Below are positions 1-10,030 of a DNA stretch of 64,000 nt, piece after piece (positions within the stretch are counted from its first letter, which is position 1; each line of letters opens with the position of its first letter). The DNA comes from a virus. A program made the position numbers and the translations under genes. The DNA lies in the IMG/VR virus record IMGVR_UViG_3300046002_007411, positions 1 through 64,000 of that record. The stretch is one strand, 5' to 3'. Below the pieces are notes generated by a model that was not told where the DNA came from, made no database searches, and was given only the letters and a program-made list of their open reading frames with translations.

Positions 1-1
1 T

Positions 2-616
2 TGTCAAGACTCATATGTTGACACAATAAAAGCTTTGTATAAGGAAAATACGAATGTTACGGTTTTTAAGATTTTCCAAGAGCCTGCGGATATTGAGTTG
101 TATGCACAAAAGAACAACTTACCGGTGCTAAAAGTGGGATTTGAAAACTTATGGAAAGATACTACAGTTTGGTATCGATCATTTTATGCACAATACAATA
201 TTCCTTATGAATATAGATATGAGAAGTTTAAAATACCCAGTAACTTGCCCAGTGCTAACGATCTTTTTGATAGTTTAGATTTATCTGGGCCTTATGCAGT
301 CGTGCATAATGCAAGTAGTGCAAGCAGTCAAGGTTACCCTATAAACTTAATATTAGATAGCCATATTAAAAAAGTTATACATATAGATCCTACAGTATCT
401 AAAAACATGCTAGATTGGTTGAACGTTATACAAAATGCTGCTGAAATTCATGTAGTTCCTAGCAGTGTATTTTGTCTTGTAGATAGTATTGCAAACACTC
501 TAAAATCTAAGTTATACTATCACGACATACGTTTAACAGATACCCCTATCTTACATGCTGATATTTCACGTCCACACACAAACTGGAAAATAATTAAATA
601 TGATCAACAACTATGA
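2..616 (+). CDS. hypothetical glycosyltransferase-associated protein, 5'-truncated at window edge; paralog of 6154-6870
   Basis: Frame is open from position 2; shares LYK(E/D)N..V.VF, VGF, VHN.SS and A.EIH...SS motifs with 6154-6870. Confidence 0.7.
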   Translation, partial: CQDSYVDTIKALYKENTNVTVFKIFQEPADIELYAQKNNLPVLKVGFENLWKDTTVWYRSFYAQYNIPYEYRYEKFKIPSNLPSANDLFDSLDLSGPYAVVHNASSASSQGYPINLILDSHIKKVIHIDPTVSKNMLDWLNVIQNAAEIHVVPSSVFCLVDSIANTLKSKLYYHDIRLTDTPILHADISRPHTNWKIIKYDQQL

Positions 617-1235
617 GTATGATCAAAATGGTGTAATAAAGCAGTTACATAAAACACCAATTGAATATAACCGCACGTATATTGATGCTAGATACAATAC
701 ATATGGTATACTTAATGATTTGATTAGTCATTTACGACTGGGATATATCTCAGGATCTATTGGTAGATTGCCTTTTGATATTTTAGATGTTGGTTATGGC
801 AATGGTGCTTTCCTATCTACATGTGGAAAAATCATTGCTGATTGTAAGGGCTATGACATCAGCACTTATCCAGTTCCTAATAACTGCTCAATAGTAAAGG
901 ATATTTTTACGGAACATCACGATGTGGTAACTTTTTTTGATAGTCTTGAGCATTATGAAGAAATTTACTTTTTACATAAACTAAAATGCAACTATGTATG
1001 CATTAGTCTACCTTGGTGTCATTATTTTAGTGATGAATGGTTTGCTACATGGAAACATCGCAGGCCAAATGAACATTTATGGCATTTTAATGATAAATCA
1101 TTAGTTAACTTTATGCAATCTCAAGGTTTTGAATGTATCAATATTTGCAACATTGAAGATGCTATTAGAAAACATTCATTCTCTTATCAAAATATTTTAA
1201 CAGGTCTATTCAAAAGAATTTATGCACAAAATTAA
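600..1235 (+). CDS. class I SAM-dependent methyltransferase
   Basis: ILDVGYGNG motif I; FFDSLEH motif. Confidence 0.8.
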   Translation: MINNYEYDQNGVIKQLHKTPIEYNRTYIDARYNTYGILNDLISHLRLGYISGSIGRLPFDILDVGYGNGAFLSTCGKIIADCKGYDISTYPVPNNCSIVKDIFTEHHDVVTFFDSLEHYEEIYFLHKLKCNYVCISLPWCHYFSDEWFATWKHRRPNEHLWHFNDKSLVNFMQSQGFECINICNIEDAIRKHSFSYQNILTGLFKRIYAQN

Positions 1236-1322
1236 CCAACTATTGAAATTTGATCTTAATATAGTGCTGCTAGGTGCGGCAGCACAAAAAGATGTCCGCG
1301 TATTTTGGAAAAAAAATCATAC

Positions 1323-2054
1323 ATGAATGACTTGAACATTGTTATCCCTATGGCTGGAAAAGGCTCTCGCTTTCAAAAAGACCGTTATCTAGATCCCAAA
1401 CCGTTAATAGAAATACAAGGTTTGCCTATGATATCTTGGGCTATAAAAACACTTGGTTTGGAAGGCAAATGGTGGTTCATAGTAAGGAATAATGCATACA
1501 AAGATAAAACTGTTTCTGCAATTCAACAAGTATTGAAACACGCAAATTTTATTTACGTAGATACTGAGACAGCAGGACCGGCATGTAGTGCAGCTTTAAC
1601 TGAACACTATATTGATAAGCAGAGCCCATTATGTATTGCAAACTGTGATCAGATAATGACTTGGAACCCACAAGCGTTTTTACATACAGCACAGTTGTAT
1701 GATGGATGTATTGTAACTTACTATAATGATAGTAATAAAAATAGTTTTGCTAGAACAACCAACTTTGGACTAGTGACGGAAGTAAAAGAAAAACAAGTAA
1801 TAAGCGATATTAGTTTAAATGGAATCCATTGGTGGAAACATTCCGCTTATTTTTACGATAGCGTCGTTACTATGATCCAAGCAAATGATACTGCTCCTAA
1901 CGGTGAATATTACATTGGACCTAGTTATAACTATATGATTAAAAAAGGCCTAACTGTGGGCATTCATCATATACCAAACAGCTGGCATAATGCAGTAGGT
2001 GTGCCGGAAGATCTTGATTTATTTTTGGAAAAACAAAAAAATGCAAATATATAA
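1323..2054 (+). CDS. sugar-phosphate nucleotidyltransferase (GT-A, dTDP-glucose pyrophosphorylase-like)
   Basis: IPMAGKGSRF...PKPLI, NCDQ, NGEYY, GVPEDL; ATG at 1323 preferred. Confidence 0.85.
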   Translation: MNDLNIVIPMAGKGSRFQKDRYLDPKPLIEIQGLPMISWAIKTLGLEGKWWFIVRNNAYKDKTVSAIQQVLKHANFIYVDTETAGPACSAALTEHYIDKQSPLCIANCDQIMTWNPQAFLHTAQLYDGCIVTYYNDSNKNSFARTTNFGLVTEVKEKQVISDISLNGIHWWKHSAYFYDSVVTMIQANDTAPNGEYYIGPSYNYMIKKGLTVGIHHIPNSWHNAVGVPEDLDLFLEKQKNANI

Positions 2055-2364
2055 CTTGAGTTCATTTGTAAGAGGCTGGGTAATAGGAAATTTCCAACCA
2101 AGCTTGTTACAAACAGAACTGTTTGAAGTTGGGATACTTAAGCACGCAAAAGGAGAAAAGTGGGCAGCACATTATCATAAGATAGCTACTGAATATAATG
2201 TACTAATATCAGGTAAAATGACTATACAAAATAAGTCTTTGGTAGAGGGGGATGTATTTGTTATAACACCAAATGAAGTTGCAAACCCAGAATTTTTGAC
2301 TGACTGTGTCATTTGCGTTATCAAAGTACCAAGTAAAATAGAGGATAAATATGAAGTTTTATAG
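2041..2364 (+). CDS. cupin-fold protein
   Basis: GWVIGNF, HYHKIATEYN...G, GDVFVI.P cupin motifs; overlaps the upstream stop. Confidence 0.75.
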   Translation: MQIYNLSSFVRGWVIGNFQPSLLQTELFEVGILKHAKGEKWAAHYHKIATEYNVLISGKMTIQNKSLVEGDVFVITPNEVANPEFLTDCVICVIKVPSKIEDKYEVL

Positions 2365-3547
2365 AACTCTAGACGAAGTTGATAAAAGCAAATATATAAT
2401 TGCCACATATCATGTTACTACTACAACTAACATCCAAGAAGCTGCATGGAATATTGCTATTGGTCAAAGTGTAGGTAATCCTAGTATTAGGAATGCATGG
2501 GAAACTGATGAACTTTTTGAAACTCACAGTTGCATTATTTTAGAGGATCCAGATCTACTTAAAAATTTGCAAGAAAAGCAAATAAAAATTGCATTTCCAT
2601 TATCAAATATTGACTTAGATTCTGATGGAATAAGTCAATTATTATGTCAACTTATGGGCGGACAGGTAGATATTAATATTATCTCGTCATGCAAATTGCT
2701 AGATATTGATTTGCCCGAGAGTGCTACAAAACACTTTTTAGGTCCAAAATGGGGACTAACAGGATTTAGAAAGTTCACTAGCCAATATAATAAACCGTTG
2801 TTGGGTGGTATTGTCAAGCCCAAGATAGTTTCTAATCCGCATATGCTAAGAGAAATGGTCAAGCAGATGGTAGAAGGCGGAGTAGATTTCATTAAAGAAG
2901 ATGAAATCATGGGGAATATTGGAGCTTGCCCACTAGATGTTAGAGTGGATACAGTAGCTAACTATCTAGCAAGTCAATCCAAGCCTGTTGTGTTTTGCCA
3001 TACTATTAACTGTGATCCACATATAGTAATAGATCGCGTAAAACGTGTATATCAGCTAGGTGGCAATGGTGTGCATATTAATGTATGGAGTGGGCTTGGT
3101 GTATATAACAGCATACGTAAACTGGACTTGCCTATATTTTTACATTACCAAAGCAGTGGTGCTAAAATTTTTACCGATACAAATCATAAATTCAGCATCA
3201 GCTGGAAAGTTATGTGTCAACTCGCCACACTAATGGGTGTTGATACTATACAAACTGGCATGATTGGTGGTTACAGTAATGATAATCAAAATGATATTTT
3301 AGAATGCATAAAAACTTTGCACCAAGGTAATACAATTCCTGCTCTAAGCTGTGGGTTCCATCCTGGACTGGTGGATTATGTCACACAAGTTGCTGGTGTG
3401 GATTACCTTGCGAATGTGGGCGGGGCCATACATGGCCATCCTGAAGGTACTTTAGCCGGTACAATGGCTATGAGACAAGCTATTGATAATAAACCAAGTA
3501 AAGAATATTATACTGCCATTAACAAATGGGGCATGCTTCATCCATAA
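2351..3547 (+). CDS. RuBisCO-like protein (form IV)
   Basis: GGIVKPK, GGVDFIKEDE (RuBisCO motif with KEDE), LSCGFHPG, GGAIHGHPEG; 398 aa. Confidence 0.9.
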   Translation: MKFYRTLDEVDKSKYIIATYHVTTTTNIQEAAWNIAIGQSVGNPSIRNAWETDELFETHSCIILEDPDLLKNLQEKQIKIAFPLSNIDLDSDGISQLLCQLMGGQVDINIISSCKLLDIDLPESATKHFLGPKWGLTGFRKFTSQYNKPLLGGIVKPKIVSNPHMLREMVKQMVEGGVDFIKEDEIMGNIGACPLDVRVDTVANYLASQSKPVVFCHTINCDPHIVIDRVKRVYQLGGNGVHINVWSGLGVYNSIRKLDLPIFLHYQSSGAKIFTDTNHKFSISWKVMCQLATLMGVDTIQTGMIGGYSNDNQNDILECIKTLHQGNTIPALSCGFHPGLVDYVTQVAGVDYLANVGGAIHGHPEGTLAGTMAMRQAIDNKPSKEYYTAINKWGMLHP

Positions 3548-3589
3548 GATGTAAGACGGATTTAACATAGGGGTTTGTTGGTAAAAGTT

Positions 3590-4051
3590 ATGAAATTTAT
3601 TGCACATCGGGGGCTGATTAATGGGCCAAATACTTGCTTGGAAAATACTCCAGAGCAAATTTATTTTGCACTTTCTCAAGGATATAATTGTGAAATAGAT
3701 GTTTGGTTTATAGATGGCCATTGGTGGCTAGGACACGACAAGCCACAGTATTCTATTGAACTTGATTTTTTAAACGATAATAGATTTTGGATACACTGTA
3801 AAAATCATTTGGCACTAAATCAACTACACGCTGCAGGCAATCATAACTATTTTTGGCACCAAAATGATGATATAGTCTTAACAAGCAAAAATTTTTTTTG
3901 GACATATCCTGGGAAACCTCTTTTTTCTAACAGTATATGTGTAATGCCTGAATGGGTGATGCCTATGGAAGAAATCAAAACCTTAAACTGTTATGGAGTT
4001 TGTAGTGATTATATTTTAGACATTCAAAAAGGAATTTCGAATGAAGTGTAG
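3590..4051 (+). CDS. glycerophosphodiester phosphodiesterase-like (PLC-like) protein
   Basis: IAHRG, ENT, EIDVW, LGHD, WIHCKN, CSDY motifs. Confidence 0.8.
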   Translation: MKFIAHRGLINGPNTCLENTPEQIYFALSQGYNCEIDVWFIDGHWWLGHDKPQYSIELDFLNDNRFWIHCKNHLALNQLHAAGNHNYFWHQNDDIVLTSKNFFWTYPGKPLFSNSICVMPEWVMPMEEIKTLNCYGVCSDYILDIQKGISNEV

Positions 4052-4323
4052 CACATTGTATTTGCAGGAAGTTTGCTTCTCATCAGACAGAGAATTATTT
4101 ATTTGGATCAAGGTCTAGAAGTTTCTAATAAGTGATGTGATGCAAAATGGTAATAAAGAACATATTTTCTACTAGGCGTCTATAGTTGCCTATAGTAAGT
4201 TGGCAAGTAAGAAAAAAATGTGCAATAATACTATTAGGCCTATATTCCTAGATTACATGACAGAATATGGAAATATTTTTGAAGTAATCACACAGACCCA
4301 CAAATTTTATACAGGATAGTCTA

Positions 4324-5268
4324 ATGAAGGATTTTTTATTTTTGCACTATAGCTGGGTAGCTCCTGCATCTTATATTTTTCGTGCATTTGAAAAATGCGG
4401 ATACACTTGTGATTTTGTAACAGAACGTGAAATACACACATGGACTCCTACCACTGATTACAAAATAATTGTAGCTTATTTGCACGATTACGCACCTTGG
4501 GTTAATCGTATTGTAAGTGAGTGGTTTCCACATAGCTTTCTCATACAACATGATGACACAGATTTTCCCAATGTTATGTCATATTACTCTAGACAACCAG
4601 ATTTAATTCTACATAGAGAATTAACTGATAAAAGTCAAACTCCTTATCCAAATACACCTACGTATGGTATGCACTTTCCAATAGCTAGTGTCTATAACGC
4701 TGAACAATCAGCTAACAAAAAATATGATGTGTGCTTTTTAGGCTGTCCAAACAACCCAAGACGTAACATCTTTATTAGCACAATAGAGCAACTTGCAAAT
4801 AACGAACTAGCCCATTTGAAATGGTACATCAAATATGAGCCAACTAGAAATTGGTATGAATTTCAACAAGTAGTCAATCAAAGCAAAATAGGTTTAAACT
4901 ATCCTAGCAACAGTTTTGATACCCAAAGAGTTTGGGAGCTAGCAAGTGCAAGTAGTTGTATTATTCAACCTGAAATGCCAAATCTAAGTGTCAAAGAACA
5001 GGGACGGAGATTTGATAGTTATGTAGTTATTGATCCTAGTTGCAGTGATTTACGTGAAAAAATTCTCTGGTGTTTGGAAAAAGATCGTTGGAAGCAACAA
5101 GGTGCAATGGCTCTAGAACAGTATCAGCTGCATCATAGCCAAATCAGATGTTTTGAAAGATATCACGATATAATATTGCGGCATTGTTTGAGTATATTGC
5201 CTCGACCAATTGTGGCATGGGAAGGAATAGAAATTTATAAAAAATGGAGGGATAATCCTAACGTTTAA
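4324..5268 (+). CDS. glycosyltransferase (CgeB/YkvP-like, GT-B)
   Basis: YDVCFLG, SKIGLN, RVWE motifs. Confidence 0.65.
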   Translation: MKDFLFLHYSWVAPASYIFRAFEKCGYTCDFVTEREIHTWTPTTDYKIIVAYLHDYAPWVNRIVSEWFPHSFLIQHDDTDFPNVMSYYSRQPDLILHRELTDKSQTPYPNTPTYGMHFPIASVYNAEQSANKKYDVCFLGCPNNPRRNIFISTIEQLANNELAHLKWYIKYEPTRNWYEFQQVVNQSKIGLNYPSNSFDTQRVWELASASSCIIQPEMPNLSVKEQGRRFDSYVVIDPSCSDLREKILWCLEKDRWKQQGAMALEQYQLHHSQIRCFERYHDIILRHCLSILPRPIVAWEGIEIYKKWRDNPNV

Positions 5269-5463
5269 GGCCTAATAAGTTAAGCATGGCATTGTTATGA
5301 TTTGCAGATTACTGTGGCAAATATTAAAATAAAATAAAGAAAAGATAAATGTTCTGTAAATCCCTTGTATATAATCCTTTATTACCTGCATTAGTAACAT
5401 TTTATAATATCATTGGTATAGTGTTAGATTATGCTAATACTACTATGGGAAATATTTGAAATC

Positions 5464-6150
5464 ATGAAAATTATAAGTATCAGTGTTTATGGGCCACAAG
5501 ATCGCTATATTGTTGGGGCAAAACGTCAAATAGAACTAGCGCAACGATTCTTAGCGGATTGGACCGTGAGAATATACACAGATAACCCTGCTAATTTTAT
5601 GAACTGTGATAATGTTGATGTTGTAGAAGTAAAAGATAATAGTTTTGGTGTGTTTTGGAGATTCAGGCCTATGTTTGAAGATCCTAATAATATCGTTTTA
5701 GTTAGGGATAGCGACTCTAGATTGACTACAAGAGAAATTCTGTGCATAAAAGAATGGTTAGAAAGTGATGCTCAGTTACATATAATCAGGGATCATCAAG
5801 CACATTATGATTGGCCAATCATGGCTGGATTATTTGGTTATAAAGGAAAACTTCCTGATGCGTTGTATCAAAGTATGTTATTACAACAAATGAATCATTT
5901 CTATACAAGTGACCAAGTTTGGCTACGCGATGCGCTATGGCCTTTTGCGCAATCTTCGTGTTTGATTCACAGTATAACATCAACAGATTGGTTTAAACAT
6001 TCACGAACTCATTTACAAAATCCTTTTGATTTCTGTGGTAATGGCTGGAATGAACATGATTTGCCAATTTACCCTCCTGATTTTGGACCAACATGGAAAG
6101 ATTTTATATCAGACAATAATAAGTTTAGTTTAGGGCTGTTAGGACCTTAG
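5464..6150 (+). CDS. conserved hypothetical, glycosyltransferase-like
   Basis: KIISISVYG, WRFRPM, VRDSDSRL, IRDH..H...MAGLFG, DQ.WL; located in glycan cluster. Confidence 0.6.
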   Translation: MKIISISVYGPQDRYIVGAKRQIELAQRFLADWTVRIYTDNPANFMNCDNVDVVEVKDNSFGVFWRFRPMFEDPNNIVLVRDSDSRLTTREILCIKEWLESDAQLHIIRDHQAHYDWPIMAGLFGYKGKLPDALYQSMLLQQMNHFYTSDQVWLRDALWPFAQSSCLIHSITSTDWFKHSRTHLQNPFDFCGNGWNEHDLPIYPPDFGPTWKDFISDNNKFSLGLLGP

Positions 6151-6153
6151 GAG

Positions 6154-6870
6154 ATGTCTTTTATTGTTCATCATCATTTAGGTTTAGGAGACTTTTTTAT
6201 TTGCAATGGTTTAGTTAATAGCTTAGCTAAGCAACATGGTCAAATATTTTTAGCATGCAAAGAAAAAAACTACGAGACAATTGGTAGCTTATACAAAGAT
6301 AACTCACAAGTAAAAGTTTTTGTTGTAAGAAACGAGCCACAGGACATTTTTGATTTTAGTAACAAAAACCAAATACCAATTTTACATGTGGGGTTTCAGT
6401 TTTGTGATTTAAGTAACTTTGAAAGCAGTTTTTACTTACAGTTGGGTTATGACCCTCAAATGCAATATAGTGCGTTTACGTTGCCGTTGGACACCTTACA
6501 ACCAAATAAAATGTTTTTTGATTGGATTGATGATAAAGGCAAGGAATATGTTTTTGTACATAATCAAAGTAGTTTAGAAACATTTAATTTGCATATTGAG
6601 TCAAATCTACCTCAGTATATTGTCAAAAAGTCGCAAACCGCAAACATATTGGATTATGTTCCACTTATGCTTGCTGCAAAGGAAATACATTTGATCAACA
6701 GCAGTATACAAGCACTTGTTTGGCCTTTACTGATGCAAAACTATTTTGGTAAAACACAGATCTTTTTCCATGATTTTTCACAAGTAAGTGTCAATCAAAC
6801 TACACCTATTAAAGTTCCTAAACATCCTAATGTAAAGATTTTGCATTACACAACCCAATCTAAACCGTAA
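6154..6870 (+). CDS. hypothetical glycosyltransferase-like protein
   Basis: HHLGLGD N-terminal motif typical of GT-B (GT9-like) proteins; paralog of 2-616. Confidence 0.6.
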   Translation: MSFIVHHHLGLGDFFICNGLVNSLAKQHGQIFLACKEKNYETIGSLYKDNSQVKVFVVRNEPQDIFDFSNKNQIPILHVGFQFCDLSNFESSFYLQLGYDPQMQYSAFTLPLDTLQPNKMFFDWIDDKGKEYVFVHNQSSLETFNLHIESNLPQYIVKKSQTANILDYVPLMLAAKEIHLINSSIQALVWPLLMQNYFGKTQIFFHDFSQVSVNQTTPIKVPKHPNVKILHYTTQSKP

Positions 6871-6888
6871 CACTGGTAAGGAAAAACA

Positions 6889-7587
6889 ATGAAAATCCAC
6901 TGTTTTATCTTTAACTGGCCAGGAAAAACTCCTTACGCAAAAACTCTCGAGCAGCAACTGACCAATATTGGATATTATCCCACAGTAATCAATAGTGATC
7001 CCAATTACCAACCTTTTAACTGGATAAACTTGGGTAATCAAGCATATTTTGGTGCTCAATGGCAACTGGCGGTTTCTTTATTCCAAGCTGATTTATTTTT
7101 TCATGTACAAGCAGACACTGAATATCAAGATTGGCAGGGAGTTTTTGATAGAGCATTGAAATACAAAAAAACATTAAACTGGGGTGTCTGGGCACCGGAT
7201 TTCCAAGAAAACACATTTTGGGCACACCCATTGCCACAATGGAATCATGCAGACAGAAACTTGCAACTGGTCCCTAATAGTGACTGTACGTGTTGGTTTA
7301 TTGATGGCGGTTTAATATCAGAGTTTCGCACATTGGGGATAGACTGGAAAACTAATTTTTATGGTTGGGGCATGGACAGTATAATATGTTCACTAAGTTA
7401 TATAAACGCTCAACCTGTCATACGAGATACCATGCACCAGATCATACATCATCCTGGACGCGGCTATGATACCACGCATGCGTATAATCACATGCAACAA
7501 ATGTTTAGTCAACTAAATCCTGACCTTAGAAAGGTCATTGAGTTATCGTTTGCTAATAGTTCTGAACTTGTAAACTATGTTAGATGA
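6889..7587 (+). CDS. hypothetical GT-A-like protein, paralog of 9329-10030
   Basis: MKI..FIFNWPG, FHVQAD, DCTCWF, GWG.D shared with 9329-10030. Confidence 0.7.
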   Translation: MKIHCFIFNWPGKTPYAKTLEQQLTNIGYYPTVINSDPNYQPFNWINLGNQAYFGAQWQLAVSLFQADLFFHVQADTEYQDWQGVFDRALKYKKTLNWGVWAPDFQENTFWAHPLPQWNHADRNLQLVPNSDCTCWFIDGGLISEFRTLGIDWKTNFYGWGMDSIICSLSYINAQPVIRDTMHQIIHHPGRGYDTTHAYNHMQQMFSQLNPDLRKVIELSFANSSELVNYVR

Positions 7588-8563
7588 AAATATGAAAAAA
7601 CCAATTAAGATTTCCTATTCAAGCATGTGGCCCAAATTCAATCATGAAGTTATGCCACAAGACTATTTTTTTGAATTTGTTTTAAGCCAAAAATACCAAG
7701 TCCTTTATTGTGATCAAGATCCTGATGTAATCATTTACAGTGTGTTTGGTCCAAGCCCTGATATATCCAAAATAAATCCCAAAACACTTGTAATAGCATA
7801 CAGCGGAGAACCATTTGACGTTCAAGGTCCTGCTGATATAGTTTTTGGATTTCATGGCGAAAATCAAGAAAACTATTTTCGTTTGCCAATTTGGGCGTTG
7901 TGGATTCATTGGGACAACCAACCTTGGAAATACAAACTAACAGAAACATCACATGCAGGTCAGGGCAGTCATCATGTAGCTACCTCAGGTAACTACGAAA
8001 ACTCCAGTGGGCATCCCATGCGATTGAGCAATATATTAAAACGTCATACCAATATCAATCATGCAGATAAATTTTGTAACTTTACATACGCCCGTAACAG
8101 CCGAGAGCGTGTGGAATTCTTTTTGTTATTAAATCAAAAAAAGAAAGTGGATAGCACTGGAAAGTTGTTTAACAACGCAGGATACTATCTTGGTAGTAAA
8201 CCTCATGATTTATCATCTTGGAGATTTACTTTGGCATTTGAAAATACACAACTACCAGGGTATGTAACTGAAAAGTTGATAGAACCACTTGCTGCCGGCA
8301 GTATTCCTATTTATTGGGGTGGAAACAAGTCTATAGAAGACTTTAATCCTGACAGTTTTATCAATACTGCAGATTTTTCCGACTGGTCTGCTGCTATTGA
8401 CTGGATAATGCATGTAGAGAATACACCCAGTTTGCAACAGAAATATTTACAAGCACCTGTGTTTAAGGCCGACCCCTGTTATCCTCAACAAGTATTGTCT
8501 GCCATTTACAACAAGCTAATACTAAAAAATCCCGCACTAATTTTGGATAGCCATGACTCCTGA
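7577..8563 (+). CDS. alpha-1,3/4-fucosyltransferase family (GT10)
   Basis: FTLAFEN...GYVTEKL...AGSIPIYWG motif. Confidence 0.85.
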   Translation: MLDENMKKPIKISYSSMWPKFNHEVMPQDYFFEFVLSQKYQVLYCDQDPDVIIYSVFGPSPDISKINPKTLVIAYSGEPFDVQGPADIVFGFHGENQENYFRLPIWALWIHWDNQPWKYKLTETSHAGQGSHHVATSGNYENSSGHPMRLSNILKRHTNINHADKFCNFTYARNSRERVEFFLLLNQKKKVDSTGKLFNNAGYYLGSKPHDLSSWRFTLAFENTQLPGYVTEKLIEPLAAGSIPIYWGGNKSIEDFNPDSFINTADFSDWSAAIDWIMHVENTPSLQQKYLQAPVFKADPCYPQQVLSAIYNKLILKNPALILDSHDS

Positions 8564-9332
8564 TATTCCCACATATATTTTGCATTATACCAAAAACACA
8601 CAACGACGTCTTTTCCAAGAACATATTTTGGCACTGGAAGGATTTACAAATGTAACATGGATTACGGATTTTGACCGTGAAACTATTACATATGATATGT
8701 TTTTAGAGCATTTCAGTGCCCATGTTGTGGAATACATGAAAAGACGGCCCACTGCGTTTGATCCTTTTTATCCACTGCGCGGAGAAGAAATCAGTTTGTG
8801 TATGAAACACAAAGCTGCGCTGAGTTTATTTTGGCAAACATCTGCAACATGTTGTCTGATTTTAGAAGATGACGTGGTTATACAAAAAGACTTCAAAAAT
8901 CAGCTAATCGAGCATATGGTTTCTTTACCACAGGATTGGAAGTTGGCTTTTCCTGGAGATTGCAACATGAGAATAGAAACACATTTGTTAAAGCCCAATC
9001 AAGCTTGGTATTTGAATCCTGTGGGCAAAGCCAAATGCAGCGATAGTATTTTATGGAATCGCAGCAGTGCAAGGGAAATATTACAAGGTTGGGCTAATCA
9101 TAAAATATGCATGCCAAGTGATCATGAAATAAGTTTTTGGATGCGTGTTCTAAACTGGCCAACTTATTGGTTGGAACCTCCTATTTGTGTTCAAGGCAGC
9201 CACATAGGCTTGTTTGAAAGCATGCAACTACCACATGGAAAATACTACAATCCCGATTTAAAATATCGCGAAGATCTCACAGAAATCCTGCAAAAACTTG
9301 ATATTGCAACACACATCAATAGACCCTTATGA
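8553..9332 (+). CDS. glycosyltransferase family 25
   Basis: N-terminal YILH...RR, EISL..KH, LILEDD. Confidence 0.75.
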   Translation: MTPDIPTYILHYTKNTQRRLFQEHILALEGFTNVTWITDFDRETITYDMFLEHFSAHVVEYMKRRPTAFDPFYPLRGEEISLCMKHKAALSLFWQTSATCCLILEDDVVIQKDFKNQLIEHMVSLPQDWKLAFPGDCNMRIETHLLKPNQAWYLNPVGKAKCSDSILWNRSSAREILQGWANHKICMPSDHEISFWMRVLNWPTYWLEPPICVQGSHIGLFESMQLPHGKYYNPDLKYREDLTEILQKLDIATHINRPL

Positions 9333-10030
9333 AAATTCAAAGTTTTATTTTTAACTGGCCAGGCCATTATACGCAAGCGCAACAGCTTGAGCAAAGATTG
9401 CTGCCCTTGGGGCACTGTAACGTAGTGAATAGTGATCCTGATAATATACCCAGCCATTGGTTAAACATTGGTAACCATGCTTGGTTCACCCAACAATGGC
9501 TAACTGCTTGCCAACACTTTCAAGGCGATATTATGTTTCATGTCCAAGCCGACGCTTGCCCAGAAAATATACCCCAGTTATTTCAGGATTGTTTGCAATA
9601 TCAACAACAATATAACTGGGGCATTTATAGCCCTAACTTGGATTTTACACCACATACATCTCAACAGGCAGATATTACATCTATAAAACTACATCATGAT
9701 CATTTGAAAATGGTCAACAATCCCGACTGCACCTGCTGGTTTTTACATGGAGATATCATTGAGGATTTCAACAAGTTAGCTATCGATTGGTCAGGAAACA
9801 CGATAGGTTGGGGTATTGATTATATAATGGTAGCCCTGAGCTACATGAAAAAACGTCCTGTGATTCGAGATTATAATCATTTAGTAGATCATCCTCGCCA
9901 TACCAACTATACCGGAGATGCAGCGTGGACTCAAATGCAACATACATTGCGTCAATGTCCGGCTGAACTACTAGACACAATACACTTGCTCATGCAAAAT
10001 AGAAACCAAATAGTAAAGTTTTTCCTATGA
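9329..10030 (+). CDS. hypothetical GT-A-like protein, paralog of 6889-7587
   Basis: Shared motifs with 6889-7587. Confidence 0.7.
   Translation: MKIQSFIFNWPGHYTQAQQLEQRLLPLGHCNVVNSDPDNIPSHWLNIGNHAWFTQQWLTACQHFQGDIMFHVQADACPENIPQLFQDCLQYQQQYNWGIYSPNLDFTPHTSQQADITSIKLHHDHLKMVNNPDCTCWFLHGDIIEDFNKLAIDWSGNTIGWGIDYIMVALSYMKKRPVIRDYNHLVDHPRHTNYTGDAAWTQMQHTLRQCPAELLDTIHLLMQNRNQIVKFFL

Noticed and set aside
2351-3547. Carbon-fixing RuBisCO
   Set aside because: Short length, KEDE motif, and no small subunit or phosphoribulokinase nearby indicate form IV.
4041-4323. Possible decayed gene between the GDPD-like gene and the next glycosyltransferase
   Set aside because: Only a short ORF with no convincing homology visible by eye.
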